DNA of 63,617 bases, filler included, from Reticulomyxa filosa (Eukaryota > Protista > Foraminifera): NCBI GenBank assembly GCA_000512085.1. It is 23 parts of 23 records of this genome, joined end to end, with 100 filler letters (N's around TTAATTAATTAA, not from the genome) between each part and the next. Parts side by side here need not be neighbours in the genome. Positions count along the whole stretch, not along the records: positions 38,209 to 42,140 come from ASPP01022810.1; positions 42,241 to 45,271 come from ASPP01004964.1; positions 45,372 to 47,273 come from ASPP01016271.1; positions 47,374 to 48,584 come from ASPP01013662.1; positions 48,685 to 50,615 come from ASPP01046142.1; positions 50,716 to 54,528 come from ASPP01025016.1; 17 more parts are not named here. One strand, written 5' to 3'. Positions 38,109 through 51,560 of this stretch are shown piece by piece; within the stretch, counting starts at the first letter, position 1, and every line of letters begins with the position of its first letter. The translations under genes were made by a program, and so were the position numbers. The notes under the pieces were generated by a model. That model saw only the letters and a program-made list of their open reading frames with translations, ran no database searches and was not told where the DNA came from.

Positions 38109-39879
38109 NNNNNNNNNNNNNNNNNNNNNNNNNNNNNNNNNNNNNNNNNNNNTTAATTAATTAANNNNNNNNNNNNNNNNNNNNNNNNNNNNNNNNNNNN
38201 NNNNNNNNAAAAAAAAAAAAAAAAATCGCATAAGTTATTGTTTGTTAGTTTACTCTCCCTTTTTGACATACTTTTGGGATATACAAACTGTGGAGTTTTT
38301 TTCTTTTTTTTTTAGTTTGTCTTGTTTTGAAATCGAAGTAAAATTTTGTTTTTTTTTTGTTTGTTGCTTCTCTTTTTTTGTCATTGTTTCTAAATACAAT
38401 AAATAACGGCACGTGAGGTGTAATAGAAGCTCACTGTAAATAATTGATTCGCTCCGGTGCATACCGAAAAATAATAGAAATCTGTAGTGTCAATACGTTT
38501 CTTTTTTTTTCGTACATTTTCTATGGAAATTTAGAAAATCAAGGGTATGCGTCAACTACAAAAATAACAATGAACATTCACGTAATATACTTAATTTGAA
38601 AAACCGGCGGATAATATCTGAATTTTTGTCAAAATGCTAAAAAAATTTGCAATTTTTTTGTTATATCATTAATTTCAAAATACTCAAAAAAAGTATTTTG
38701 TAGCGAATAAATTGCAAATGTTGTTTGGCTCATTTTAATATTTTTTTACGAGTGTTATTATATGCCAAGAAAGTTGCTGATTATCTGCACTATTTTTCAA
38801 CCTCAAAAACATTGAAAAAAAATAAAATAAAACCCACAACAAATCAATATATTTCAATCAACGTTTATAAAATGTGCAACTTACACTATACAAAAAATCA
38901 TAAATTACCAAGAATATACATGCATACAAAACCACTAATTTAAAAAAAGAAAGGGAATCAAGGACCAAAACAACTATAAGAGACGATAGCATGTTGTAAT
39001 GTGATCTTAGTGTCACCAAAGTATATCAGAAACTAATTAGATTGCTAGGCATGTGTCCTTGTGGAATGAGGTTGTAATCGACTATTGTTTGATGTGCCGT
39101 CCTAAATGTCACAAATGCTCTGAGTGACTTCTTCAGTCCGTAACCATAAGTTGGTAATCATATCATCTTGATCTACGTACACTTGAGGATTGGGGAAGTA
39201 CTTACGCCGTTCGAAAATGCGTGATATGTGCATGGCGAAATAAAGCTGACCAAAATCTCAATAAATTGGTTGTGTTCCAACATAATGTGCTCATGTCGCA
39301 AGGATAAGTCAGTGTGGCCATGCTCGTAATTCTTTCAGTTTGTTCTCTACTAACAACCCCTTGTCGTGAGTGTCCATGTTGTGTCGGTTTGCTGGCAATG
39401 TTACACACATCCAGTCTTCTGTTGAACAGTTTTGCATTTGATTGCACCCAATGCAAGGGCCGTCTGATGGATGTGCGTTCATGTCTCTGGCCACTATGTA
39501 TCATCCACACAGCCAAAGTGCTACACCATAATGCCCACCACAATGACACGATCTTTTTCGTCATTTTTTTTTGTTATTGGCTCTTCAATAACTGCCTGTA
39601 CTTTAAAAGATCATTCAATTACAACAAAACTTTTTTTGTTCTCGTGACCCGTTCCGTTGTCACTAGCATCATTATCAAGTCCAAAAAAAATAATTTTCCA
39701 ATTTTTGTTCCAAAATTACTAAACTATTTATTTATTTTTTAAAATTATTTGAACTTTAAATTATAATTTATGTTTCCACATACATACACTTTTGTTGCTT
39801 TGACAAACTTTTTTCTCCCCCTTCATGTTTGTGGGTGTGATAATCTTTTCTCTTATACAATAAAGAAGCTGAGAGATTT

Positions 39880-40450
39880 GCATAACGTACTAACACTTTA
39901 CTCAATTGCATGCTTACCTTGCTGTTTATCCCGCTGACGTGGCCTGACAGTCTGTGGGTGTTGGTGCCCTATCTCTCGTATGATATGCCTGTGATGCTCA
40001 ATCTAGCACTTTTCCTAAAGACACTACTGTTGGTGCATGCATGTCAAATTTTCAAAAACGGGGGGGGTTCAATGAAGATATTCATCCCGACAGCACCTTG
40101 CTCATGGCCAATGGACATCTACGGCCAGTTAAAGTACCTTTCCAAGGAAAAACTCGCTCACTTGGTCGAACTGATCATTGCAATGGCCGATTGCAACTCG
40201 GAATGTGTTTTTGAAAAGGTCGATGAAATGGGATTTCAATCCCCAAGCACATGGACCCTTACTTCATAAAAGTCATGACCATCTTTGGAGTTGGTTGGTT
40301 TGATAATGATATTCGGAAAGATATCGAGAATTAAGTTTTTCACTTTTTTTGGGAAATCTTGATTAGCACGTCAAAGTTCTGGCAATTATCATTTAGTTTA
40401 AAGAATATTCGTCCTGTTGCAAAGCTTGTCTCAGCACGATTAGATTTATT
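39880..40450 (+). pseudogene. ABC1/ADCK (UbiB) atypical kinase pseudogene fragment
   Basis: CQIFKNG, alternate-frame FNEDIHPD (compare FH.DPHPGN), then YGQLKYLS...LVELIIAMADCN...MGF. Frameshifted. Confidence 0.55.
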
Positions 40451-41100
40451 AAAGAAAGACATCAAATGACAGTTTGCTAGAACGCGTGAAACGACAACAA
40501 GCGTATTTACAAGTACTTAGAGCTGCAAAGGTATCTTTTTTTGAAGGGGTTTCTCATCTTGTTTACTTGTCTGCAAATCAAAAAGCATTCAATCAATTTT
40601 TTTCAGATAATCTTTTCTCACCCAATCAAAAAAAAAAATAAATAAAGTGTAAAACGATTGCGATATACACAATACATAAACACATACACAGATATAAATT
40701 TGATGAGATGAAAGATGATGGAATGGTAAGTGAGCATTTTTGCACGCATGGAGGCTCCTAACATTTTGTTTGTTTTTTTTTGAAATCGTTAAAACACTTA
40801 TCATAGCCACCTTTTTCATTTGAGATCATGTCTTTTTGAAAGGAATTTTTAGATAGAAAAGGACAAACTTTTTCTGCATTAAACTAATGATGAACGCACA
40901 AACTCCAACAAATTGCATTTTCCAATGAATTCAGCATTTCTATAAATCGTTTGCCACCAATTTAAAATTTTACAAATACATTCGTTTGCCAAACTTTTTT
41001 TGCTCTTATCTTAAAGTGGCTTTGTTGCTCGTTTGGTGTCCAGTAGAAGTGGAGGGGGAAAACGTAGGAGAAAATATTGTGTAGTTATTCAGACAGCAAC

Positions 41101-42140
41101 ATGGAATCGTCGCTGGTGTTGGTGGTACTGCATGTATTAAATGCATTCGTGCTGCTAGCAAGTAAGACAAGCACAAGCAGTTGCAGCTGGACGAGTGGAC
41201 AAACACACTTCAACCAACATGGCCGTACGAATATATCGTTAATATCATGTGATATGTTGATCAAGCAATCGGCCAATTACATGTTGAAATTCAAAATGTG
41301 GGAGTGTGATCAATGTCCACAAATCTACAACAACGTGGCAAGCGCATCCTCAGTACAAATTTCCAACAGTGAGTCGATGTCGTCAGAAAACAAAATTATA
41401 CGTGTTCTCCAAAGCAGTCCAAAGCAGTCCAAGAACAGTTTGCACACAAAAACATTGCCAATGAAAAATTTCATATCAAGTTCGCATTTATCATCAACGA
41501 CCTACAAATTGATATTTAAACAGACAACATTCAGGTACATAATAGTGATTGAAAAAGTAAAAAAAAAACTATGAAAAAAAAAGGGAGGATTACGTATATC
41601 AAGAGACATGAAGGGATAGTATTGATTGTGTGTATTATGGATTTTATTTTATAAAAACAAAAATAACAGCGTGTCGAAAAATTGCAAAGTGGAATTAATA
41701 ATAAGCACGCAATCATCGAATAGGTTGTGCGACAGTGACGGTCGAATATGGATTGGAGGCGCTGTCTGTGGTCAATTGTCCTGTGCACAACGTCGCAATA
41801 CACAAAAGCAGCCAGCAACACTATCTGCGACCACGGCAGATTTTTTTTCAATATCTCTCTGTCCAATCCAAGCGAGTTCCAATGTCAACCTTGATCAAAG
41901 CCCAACTTCAAGTCCAAATAATCTTGTCCAAATTCGCCTGTTATTCTGTCCAATGCTGCAATGTTAAGTTCTTTTTCTTTTTACTTCTTTTTTTTTTTAA
42001 AAAAAAAACAAACAAACCAAAAAAATTAGACTATACGACTACGCGGTGCCTTTGCTAAATGGAAAATGGAAAGGCAATGCATACTTGGAATGATTGTCCA
42101 ACTAGCTGCAATTGCTGGGACAAAATGTGGCTGCAAGTTA
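41101..42140 (+). CDS. Hypothetical Cys-containing, possibly secreted protein or its pseudogene
   Basis: MESSLVLVVLHVLNAFVLLAS signal-like start and several exon-like blocks. One in-frame stop near 42057. Confidence 0.35.
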
Positions 42141-42240
42141 NNNNNNNNNNNNNNNNNNNNNNNNNNNNNNNNNNNNNNNNNNNNTTAATTAATTAANNNN
42201 NNNNNNNNNNNNNNNNNNNNNNNNNNNNNNNNNNNNNNNN

Positions 42241-42281
<41 letters not shown>

Positions 42282-43478
42282 TGATTTATTTCGTTTGCAC
42301 ATTACCACTCTATGTACATACAAAACAAATAAATAGCAATGTTTGGAACACACGAGAACAAACTGTCTTTCGCCACAATCTCTTTGGTGTCCACAAACAC
42401 TACGTCTTTTTTTGGTCTGTTGTCAATGGCACGGGTATCGATCTTTGGTTTAGTGTCGTGCATCAACTGCGCATTGCTCATTTTTTTTACATTTTGACCT
42501 ATGTTTATACCATTGCTTAATCTTGCATTTATGTCGATCATATCCGTTTTCGGGCTTCTTTCGTTGTTCTCTTTCGAAAATCGGAACGGTTGTTTCCTGC
42601 CTATCTGTTTTTTTTTTTATTTATTTGACCCAATTAATTTCAAAGTATTTAGTTGGGTGGAGTAATTTTTTTTTTTTATTGTGAGTTTTAACTCCTTTTT
42701 TCTTTGATTGAAATAATGATTAGAAACTAAACTGTGAACATATCCGAGTTATTGTCACTCTCCTTTTTTTCGATGGCCGATTTGGACTGCATTTGAACCA
42801 CATTTTCACTCTCTGCCTTTGGAAATACTTCAGTGCATATCTTCATTTTTTTTTCATAGGTTTTTCTTCATTTTTTTTGTTTATTTTGATCCAATATTTA
42901 TTTGTCAAAACTTCACATATACTGGCATCCATGTAATTCACATAGGTACACTGAGGACATGGTTTTTGACGCAATGAGGCTCTGTTTTTTGTTTTTGGTT
43001 GATGTTGATATTTATTTATTCCACCAAATCATCATTTTTTAAAGTTTGACCGTCTAGTTCTACTCGCTTCTTTTTTTTCATGTTACATTACTTTTGTGTT
43101 TGGCAAGTTGAACAACAATTGATATCCGCAAGATTGATTGTGACACAATTGGGACATGCCCACCGAGATGGAGTATACATGATTCGAAGCGGAAGAGTTC
43201 AATTTTGATTATGTACTTTGGACTTTTTGGATACTTGCGTTCTGAAAGTAATGAAAATTGATATAAATCAAAAATTTTAAAAAGGAAACAACTGTGACTA
43301 TGGATCGAATATTTGAAAAAACAATGAAGAGATATGTACTTTTTGTATGATTAAGGCAAGTGATAATCGAAGAACTTGTGCATAAAAAGATTGTAATATG
43401 TATGAATGGAAACGATTGAAGTGGCATTTGTTAAAATTTTTGCAGGATTGAATAAATGAACAAATAAACAAAACAAGT

Positions 43479-45200
43479 TTAGTCTTTTTTCTGTGTCCAA
43501 GGAAATTTAAGTCGTTTGGATGCAGTGGTTTGACTGGTAGTACTTTGATGAGTGTGTTTACGGGATGGAGAGCGTTCATTGCGAACATGCAATAAGCCCG
43601 GTTTGTGGACTTGCAAGAAGTTTTTAGCTTTATTAAAGCGCATAGAAAGGCTTTTTTTACGAGTTTGCATTGGAAATTTGTTGCGTAAATCCACTGCCGG
43701 TTTAAGAAGTTCAAATGGGTCGACAATTGGATAGGACTGGAGCAATTGCAAATTGGACGCAAAATTACCTTCCAGCAATTCTTGGCGTACATTTCTTTTA
43801 TATTATAAACGAAAGTTGTAAAGCAAAGATTGCGTTCAAAAAAAAAAAAAAAAAGATAAACAAATAAAACAAAACTGCATCATAGCAACCGCAAAATATG
43901 TGACAAACTCAAAGTGATTTTGGTCTGACAAAACTATAAAATTATAAATAAATGAATAAATATGATACGTATGTTTTGAGTATGTGTACATTTTTAAAAA
44001 AGCAAACTTTTTTTTTTTTTTTTTTGTAATAGCTAACATGCATCCCACAAACGTAAAACATCAGGCAGCTGGAATTCCATGGCCATGAGAAGCATGAGCC
44101 ATCGCAAGGCATAGAAGCGAGGATCCAAAGACTGGTTGTGGAGCGCGAGCCACAAAGGCGGATCAACCAGGTGCAACAGATCGCTGAACTCATTGACAAC
44201 CGCAATAATTCCAAACTGTGAATTGTCCGCCTCCGCAATGAAGCGGTCATTCAAATGCGACATTATATTGTTAAAGCAATAAAACGCATCCGCTTCTGCG
44301 TACATCCCGTCCTCCGACGTATCTGATGCAAAGACGAAATAGATTGGTGCTAACTTTTGTTTATTTCCAAATTTGGCAAACAAAACAAATATTATACTAT
44401 AAATTATATATATGTAGTAGATATATATATACATATATATATACATATATATATATATCTACTACATATATATAATTTATACAATTTCGTTCATTCCTTG
44501 AACGTAATCGATCCCTTTGTTCAATCGAGCGTAGACACATAGAATTCGAATCATGATTTGAGCGTGAATGCCCAAGTCCTTGCCAGTCAAAGTGTAGCGT
44601 TCGTATCGGAACTTTTTGATTTTGGCGGATAGTCGATTCTTCTTTTGTTTGTCTTTTTTTGTTCTTCAATTGCGACGTCCGCCGACCGGCCATGTGGTCC
44701 TTAGTCTCATCTTTTGGTTCATTCAATAAGCGAGTGCTCGTGTTGCCATTGTTATCGACGGTCGGACTGATTGTGGCCTCGTGTAATATCGAAGATGTTT
44801 CATTTGCATTGCCATTGTCATTGTCATTGCCATTGCCATTGGCAGTGTCGAGTGGGTGGAGGACGTCCACGTGCAAATGAGGATAAGGCGCAGACTTTTC
44901 AGCAAATGCAGAGATTGAGGGACTAAGAGGGACGATATTTATATGGATTTGTTGTTGTTGCTGTTGCTGTTGCTGTTGCTCCAAAACTTGCAAGACTTGT
45001 GCCGAGCCTTTTGGGTTGGCGTCGACTGCATGGCCAAGCGCAGAGTGGATCACGTCGATTTGCTCGATGCTTTGACTTTGACGTTTGCCGACAAGTGGAG
45101 GGGATACAGCATCTGAGGGCGGCACTATTACCACGTGCTCGTGCATGTTAGACACGCTGTCATTCTTTTCATTGACATTGGTCTTATTTTCATTTTCGTT
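43479..45200 (-). CDS. TBC-domain RabGAP, TBC1D13-like (5'-partial, introns)
   Basis: GIDYVQGMNE, LAPIYFVF, AEADAFYCF..IMS, LDPRFYALRW, EFQLPDVLRLWD, LLEGNFASNLQLLQSYP. Confidence 0.9.
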
Positions 45201-45509
45201 GTCATTGTTGTCAACTTTGACATTGTCATTATTATTATTGCTATTGTTATTATTATTATTATTATTATTATNNNNNNNNNNNNNNNNNNNNNNNNNNNNN
45301 NNNNNNNNNNNNNNNTTAATTAATTAANNNNNNNNNNNNNNNNNNNNNNNNNNNNNNNNNNNNNNNNNNNNGCCTCGGCTTTGTTTTATTACTGGTTTGT
45401 TTGTTTTTTTTTTTTTTATAAAAAAAAAGAAAAATATATATATATATATATGTATATGTATTTGTATTTGCGTGTACACATTGTTTAATCAATTGTTTGT
45501 TTGGATGCA

Positions 45510-46278
45510 AGATTTGGTAGGGATATTTTTTGTGATTGCAGTAGTATTGGATGCACCGAGCAAAAATGGTCACACGTACAAGTTAATGCAGACTCTATAT
45601 TTGTATAAGTTTTATATTGTTATCGCTCCACCTATTGCATGGATGGCCGTTACGACCTTCTTTGGATCGTTATTGTATCTGTTTTTGAAATCACATCAAG
45701 GAAAGTGCTATTTTCTCTTCTTCCGTTTGATCGCAACTGTAGTTGTCTCTGCCATTGCCATTGTTCCAGTCATTTTCTTTGGGCTTGCGTTGCGCTTTCT
45801 TTGTATTTATTTTTTATTTTTTTTTTTGTTGTTGTTGTCATTTAAATCAAATTCATTTATTTATTTAAACAAAACAAAACAAAAAAAAAGTCTAGAACTA
45901 GCTCATTGCACTATCTTTGCATACTTCATTACAGCGCAAACAATGTCGTTTACTTACACTAGTTTTGTGGGTTGACGTGTATGTATCCTCTTGCCAAATA
46001 TAAGAACAAATACGTATATAAATAAATAAATAAATATAGCTAAGTCGTACCAGAGCGCTTGGTGGCGTCTGTTCGATTATTTGCAAGAAGGGCCCGACGT
46101 GAATGTGCGTGTAGCATGTGCAAGTCATGTGCTGGGATACACTAGTGAGTACTTGGATCGAGAAGCCAAAACTTTGTATAATAATGTTACACTCAAGAAC
46201 TTGCGACAAGCTGCTGGTGTTTCCATAATCCTAAGTATTACTTATTTTTTAAAAAATTAATTTTGTATAAACATATAT

Positions 46279-46321
<43 letters not shown>

Positions 46322-46876
46322 TATATGCTTATGTTATATTTCATATCAGATGCGACGGAAATTTATTTGGACTCGTGGGACGATGTAAAAAAAGTAAATC
46401 CTCTTATATTTGATTGCTCAAGAGTGATGGATTCGTTTAAACCCGTGCTTTATTTTAGTTTAGGCGGACTGATGTTAGTTTTAGGTCCAATCTATTTCTT
46501 GTCTCGCTTTCTCACTCTGTTTTTTCCGGTCATTTTTGTTGCTTACATTTATTGCTTTGATCTGTGGTCGCATATCTCAATGATGCAAATTGTCTTGACC
46601 TGCATTTACGCTCTCTTGGTGTTTTTTTGCTTTCTCCTTGCTGTTCCTGTCATTCGAATGGGCTATCTTTTCTGGCACATCGCTCGTAAGTATGACCGTC
46701 ATCGTCTCGATAGCACGTCATTGAGTGCCATCAAGGAACGGTACACATTGGTGAAAAGTATAGTCTATCGGGAACAATTGTTAGTGGAATTGCTTGGAAA
46801 AGATCTGGGTGGTCTCGTCGATAGTTACTTGCCAGGTCTTGAGAATTTTGAAGTTAAAACCGGAAGGGAATTATAA
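45510..46876 (+). CDS. Multi-pass membrane hypothetical protein (5'-partial, introns)
   Basis: Several hydrophobic helices across exons. Ends ...LLGKDLGGLVDSYLP...GREL*. Confidence 0.6.
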
Positions 46877-47521
46877 AAGAATAATACTGCTCGAGTAAAA
46901 AGTGTAAATTTTTTATTTTTTTTTTGAATTGCTGATCTAATTCCTTGTATAAAATAAGTCTCGAAATCTTAATCAATTTCAAAATTCAAATCGTTTGTCT
47001 TTGTTTGAAAAAGATTTATATACTTGCCAGTTTCCAGAACTATAGAGTCCGATGAAAAGTAAAAATTTCAAAGTGTATCTTGTATATTTACTTGTTTGGG
47101 CTTGAATAAAATGGGAATGAATTCTGCAAAATTTTTACCAAGTGAACATACCATTGTGTCTTGCTCACTACACAAAACAAGTCGATTTGAGATATGAAAT
47201 TAGTGTTTGTAATATAAAATTTGAATTGCATTACAAGAATAGTTTTACAAAATGTTAATACAATTATGCCAACNNNNNNNNNNNNNNNNNNNNNNNNNNN
47301 NNNNNNNNNNNNNNNNNTTAATTAATTAANNNNNNNNNNNNNNNNNNNNNNNNNNNNNNNNNNNNNNNNNNNNAAAAAAAAAAAAAAGAAGCAAAAGCTA
47401 ATATAAAAGTCAGCCAAAATTGATGTTTCCATTTGATTTTTTTTTTCTCTCCCCCCCCTCCCTCCCTCTCCTTCTCCTCCAAACAATGCTTAAATAATCG
47501 AAGTCAAAGAGCAGTAGCTCT

Positions 47522-48040
47522 TCAGTGGGGATTGAACAACAGCACAATGGTGGGAGCAAAGAACGCAAAAACGAAACCCCACAAGCAAATAGTTTCGCAT
47601 CCACCAATTTTATTCAAACAAGTTGTGTTGCCGTCTATATCAGCGATATTTTTTTCTCTGTAAAGCCGATAACAACTCAACACCGAATTGAACAACAGCC
47701 CCAAAGTTGGGGACCACAAGATACAACTTATGACAATGACACCGATTTTGGCTGATCTGTATGTCGCCATCAATGGAGAGAGCTCACTGTTCACTGCAAG
47801 TAAAAAATATAGCAAAAATGCAATCACCAATATTGACGACACAACAATGAATCGCCTTCTGTCGCTTTGCCATAAATTTTGAACAAATAGTGGATTGTTC
47901 TTTCGCTCAACACGCCCAAACTCCACGTGAAATATTTGCTTGTTCTCTCTCTCTAGTCGTAGATGACGTCCATGAGTCTTGGCCGATATCACAAGCAAAA
48001 CAATGCTAAATCCTAAAATGACCCAAAAGCTGTACATTTC
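47522..48040 (-). CDS. Small 4-TM membrane hypothetical protein
   Basis: ~170-aa ORF with four hydrophobic segments and a LWQSDRRRF loop. Confidence 0.55.
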   Translation of the reverse strand, partial: EMYSFWVILGFSIVLLVISAKTHGRHLRLERENKQIFHVEFGRVERKNNPLFVQNLWQSDRRRFIVVSSILVIAFLLYFLLAVNSELSPLMATYRSAKIGVIVISCILWSPTLGLLFNSVLSCYRLYREKNIADIDGNTTCLNKIGGCETICLWGFVFAFFAPTIVLLFNPH

Positions 48041-51000
48041 TAAAAAAAAAAAAAAGGGACTTGCCCTGACAAACTTTTGTTTTGTACAAGTAGTAAACAC
48101 GTGCTAAGTTTTTTTTGGAGAAGGGTTCGTTGTACGTTTGGCAAAGTAATTTTTTTTGAATGCTTTAATAATCACCAGCATTTATTTTTTTAGTTTGAGC
48201 ATTCAAAACTTGGCCCAGTTAAAATTGAAAATTCATTGTGAATAAGGATTACCTGTGTAGTCCCTTACGAACACACATAAAAAAAAATGCGTACATTCCA
48301 GCATGTCGGAGTTCAAGATTTTAAAAAAGTTGAAGTAGAAAAGAAGGGTCTATTTGTAAAGTGCCACCAGAAAAAAAAAAAGAAGTGATCTTTTTTTTTT
48401 TTTATCTTGTTAATTATGTATACATTTGTTTTCACACATGCAAAATAAACCAACAAAAAAAAGGTTTAAAGCAAAAGCCAATTTGGGACTCGATATGCAT
48501 TAACACGAACGAAACGAAACAAAACAAAATGCAAGATAATACACAAAAAAACAAGCCGAGTATCTTGTAGTATTGAAACGTATTNNNNNNNNNNNNNNNN
48601 NNNNNNNNNNNNNNNNNNNNNNNNNNNNTTAATTAATTAANNNNNNNNNNNNNNNNNNNNNNNNNNNNNNNNNNNNNNNNNNNNTCTTTTTCACTTAACA
48701 ATATATTCACTTTTGTTTTTATGATATATATAAGTAGCCGTTCGGAAATGATATATCGCTCATTATGACAAAGAAGGACATTGTAGACAAGTTGTCGTAT
48801 TTGTCTGCAATTGATTTTTCACATCGGCGTCGCCTTCGTCCGGAGACCGTGATGTGATAAAGATCAGACCCAATGCAGCTGCTTCGACTTGTAGTAGTTG
48901 TTTTCAACCTTTTCCAAGCATCGTTTCGACATTGAGTTGATATCCAGTGCAAATCCAAATCATCTGCTTTCTTAAACAACAATGACCATATTACATTGTT
49001 TGTCTTTATCTTTATTTGTTGTATTGTTTTTTCTAATCATACAAAGTGATGAACGTACAGCAAATAGGCTTGTCTGGCTCCAACAACGAAAGAGACTACT
49101 ACCAGAGCTAAAACCATCCTAGACGGGACTGGTACATATACAAGCTAATAGAACATGCGCGAAGATGATTGGATTACCTGTGTGATTAGCATTGGTGAAA
49201 ATGCAAATGAAATAACAAACACGGCCGGAAGGGGAAGAAGAAGAAAAGAGTGAATATGCAAGTTGGGTGGGATTATTGCATGAGAAGCCAATATTCGTCC
49301 ATAATCGAATATGGCCAAGCGGTCAATATGACAATGTGCTGCAAACATATGGAATTGCAAGAACGTGTGTCTTTGAAACGTTATGATGGTATCGTTTGGT
49401 ACACACTCACACAACATTCTACTGCAGACAATGTGATTTATGTTCATGTCGATAGTGAAATTGACCAGTACTCCACAGTTGAAGAGCGTATACCACTCGA
49501 TATACACCGGAGACAATATCGACGACAGCGAGGAGCCAGTGGTAGTCTTTGGTAGATACACCGGTTTTCGAATCGAAGAAAAAACACAAGCCCTGCGAAT
49601 TCACCGTGTGGCTTAAACGATTCATTATCCAGTGCTCAATTTGCACAAACTCGATCATTGCCGACTTGCTGCAGTTCAACGACACCAAGTTTGACAGAAA
49701 GTGAATGCCGATGTTCCCCAGCTCGTCTAGTATCATCAACCATAACGAGTCCATCCAGTCGTCAATTGCAAACGACCGCTTGAGCAAGGAGATGTCGAGG
49801 ATCAGGTTCAACAACAACAAAAGCCTACTTGCTATACTCGACTTGGCTATTTTTGTTTCAGCAATTAACCAAGATTTATACATACATCCTTCTGTTTATT
49901 TTTTACGAATAACTTGCACATTCAAAAAAAAAACAAACCTTCAAGATTAGAATTCATTTTGTTATATGAAATGTTTTTTCTGATGATCAACAAAGGGGGC
50001 AATTAAAAACCACAAAAAAAAAAGACTGAACAAACTCTTTCGTACTTCCTTGTATTTAAAAGTCTGTATCCTCAAGTAAATAACAAACTATTAGTTCTAT
50101 CAAAAAAACAAATCTTGTTTTTCTTCATGAAAATAAATTTCCAAAACTATTATTTTGTACAAAAAAAATTCAATAATGTAAACTTTCTTAAATCAGAATA
50201 TATTTGTTTTTTTGGTTGGTAGATTCATGAAGCTGAGATGACAGCAAGGAAGAAGTAGCTTAAAATGGCTATGGACGGGATTTTTTAAAATTCTTTTTGA
50301 AATAAAAAAAAAATATTATTGATACAAAAATTGAAGCGCATTTTCACTGTTCGGGAGTATGCTTACAACCGAAAGGAGTATCTTCAAAAGCACATACAAC
50401 ATTAATAGTGAATGAAGGCACTCGTTCGGGCTTTTTCTATACCTTTCTTTTTAGTGTGACGATGATTGGGTAAAATGTGTATCTATATCGATAGCCCTAC
50501 TTATACGATTGCAAGACAAACAAGCAGTGGATATGTTGAGTCTGCGAAAAGTGACGTCGATAGTGAATTATGCCAACACGTGTCGTGGCCAAACAAATAA
50601 TTATTCTGAGACATANNNNNNNNNNNNNNNNNNNNNNNNNNNNNNNNNNNNNNNNNNNNTTAATTAATTAANNNNNNNNNNNNNNNNNNNNNNNNNNNNN
50701 NNNNNNNNNNNNNNNTTTTTATATTGTTGAACTGCATACATAAAAAAAGGTTGAAACACTATTTGGAACGTGGTTGCAATGTGCGAAAACAGATTTTTTG
50801 ATTTAAAGTGAAATGGATTACGTATATATTCATTTCTTTGTTTTATAAAAAAGAAATTTCTTTTAGGACCTTTGATCGATAAGAGCTTTTCCATTCTTGG
50901 TATGCATATTCATATGCAGTAACACAATACTCTATATTTCAAGGATTGCTGTTCCAAAGTCATAGTCAGTAAATGATATGATAAAATATTCAATATTAAA

Positions 51001-51158
51001 AAAAAATGTCATAATGATGATAGATTACAAATTATAAACTCGATTTCCATGGATATAACTGATATTATAACTAAACAAAAAAATATACTCCAATTCTGCA
51101 TCAAGTTTTTGCAATTTGTATTTTATTCAAGTTACTAAATAACAAGTAGCAAGTAGAT

Positions 51159-51560
51159 CTATACTTTTTCTTTCTTACAAAAAAACAAAAAGAGATCAGT
51201 TTCTTTTTTGAATCCAAAATATTGCAAATAATATTCCATCTCCCAAAATACTTTCTCGAAATTTGCACACAATGTATGACATTTCTGAAATAAATAGTTG
51301 TATAAAGCTTGTTTGTGAATTTGACGGTATTTGATATGTTTATGATATTTCAAAATATTCCACAAAATATGCAAACACATTTCTCGAGCTACTTTTAATT
51401 TATTTTCTTCTTTCAATCTATTACAATTATTCTTTTATTTTATTCTACGGCAATATATACATTTCATATGCGTTTAACTCATTCAAATCGGAAGTTGCAC
51501 AAATTTCTCTTAATTTTTCGTGTGAGTCAAAAAAAAATTTGATTGCAATTTTTCCATGTT
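51159..51560 (-). pseudogene. PUB-like domain gene remnant
   Basis: CLHILWNILKY.KHIKYRQI...L...GFKK resembles the PUB pattern (L..IL.NI...P...KYR.I...L...GF). Truncated downstream. Confidence 0.55.

Noticed and set aside
39000-39564. Possible PAF-acetylhydrolase-like alpha/beta-hydrolase pseudogene
   Set aside because: Only faint GHS and HQ..D hints in broken frames. Too degraded to support a call.
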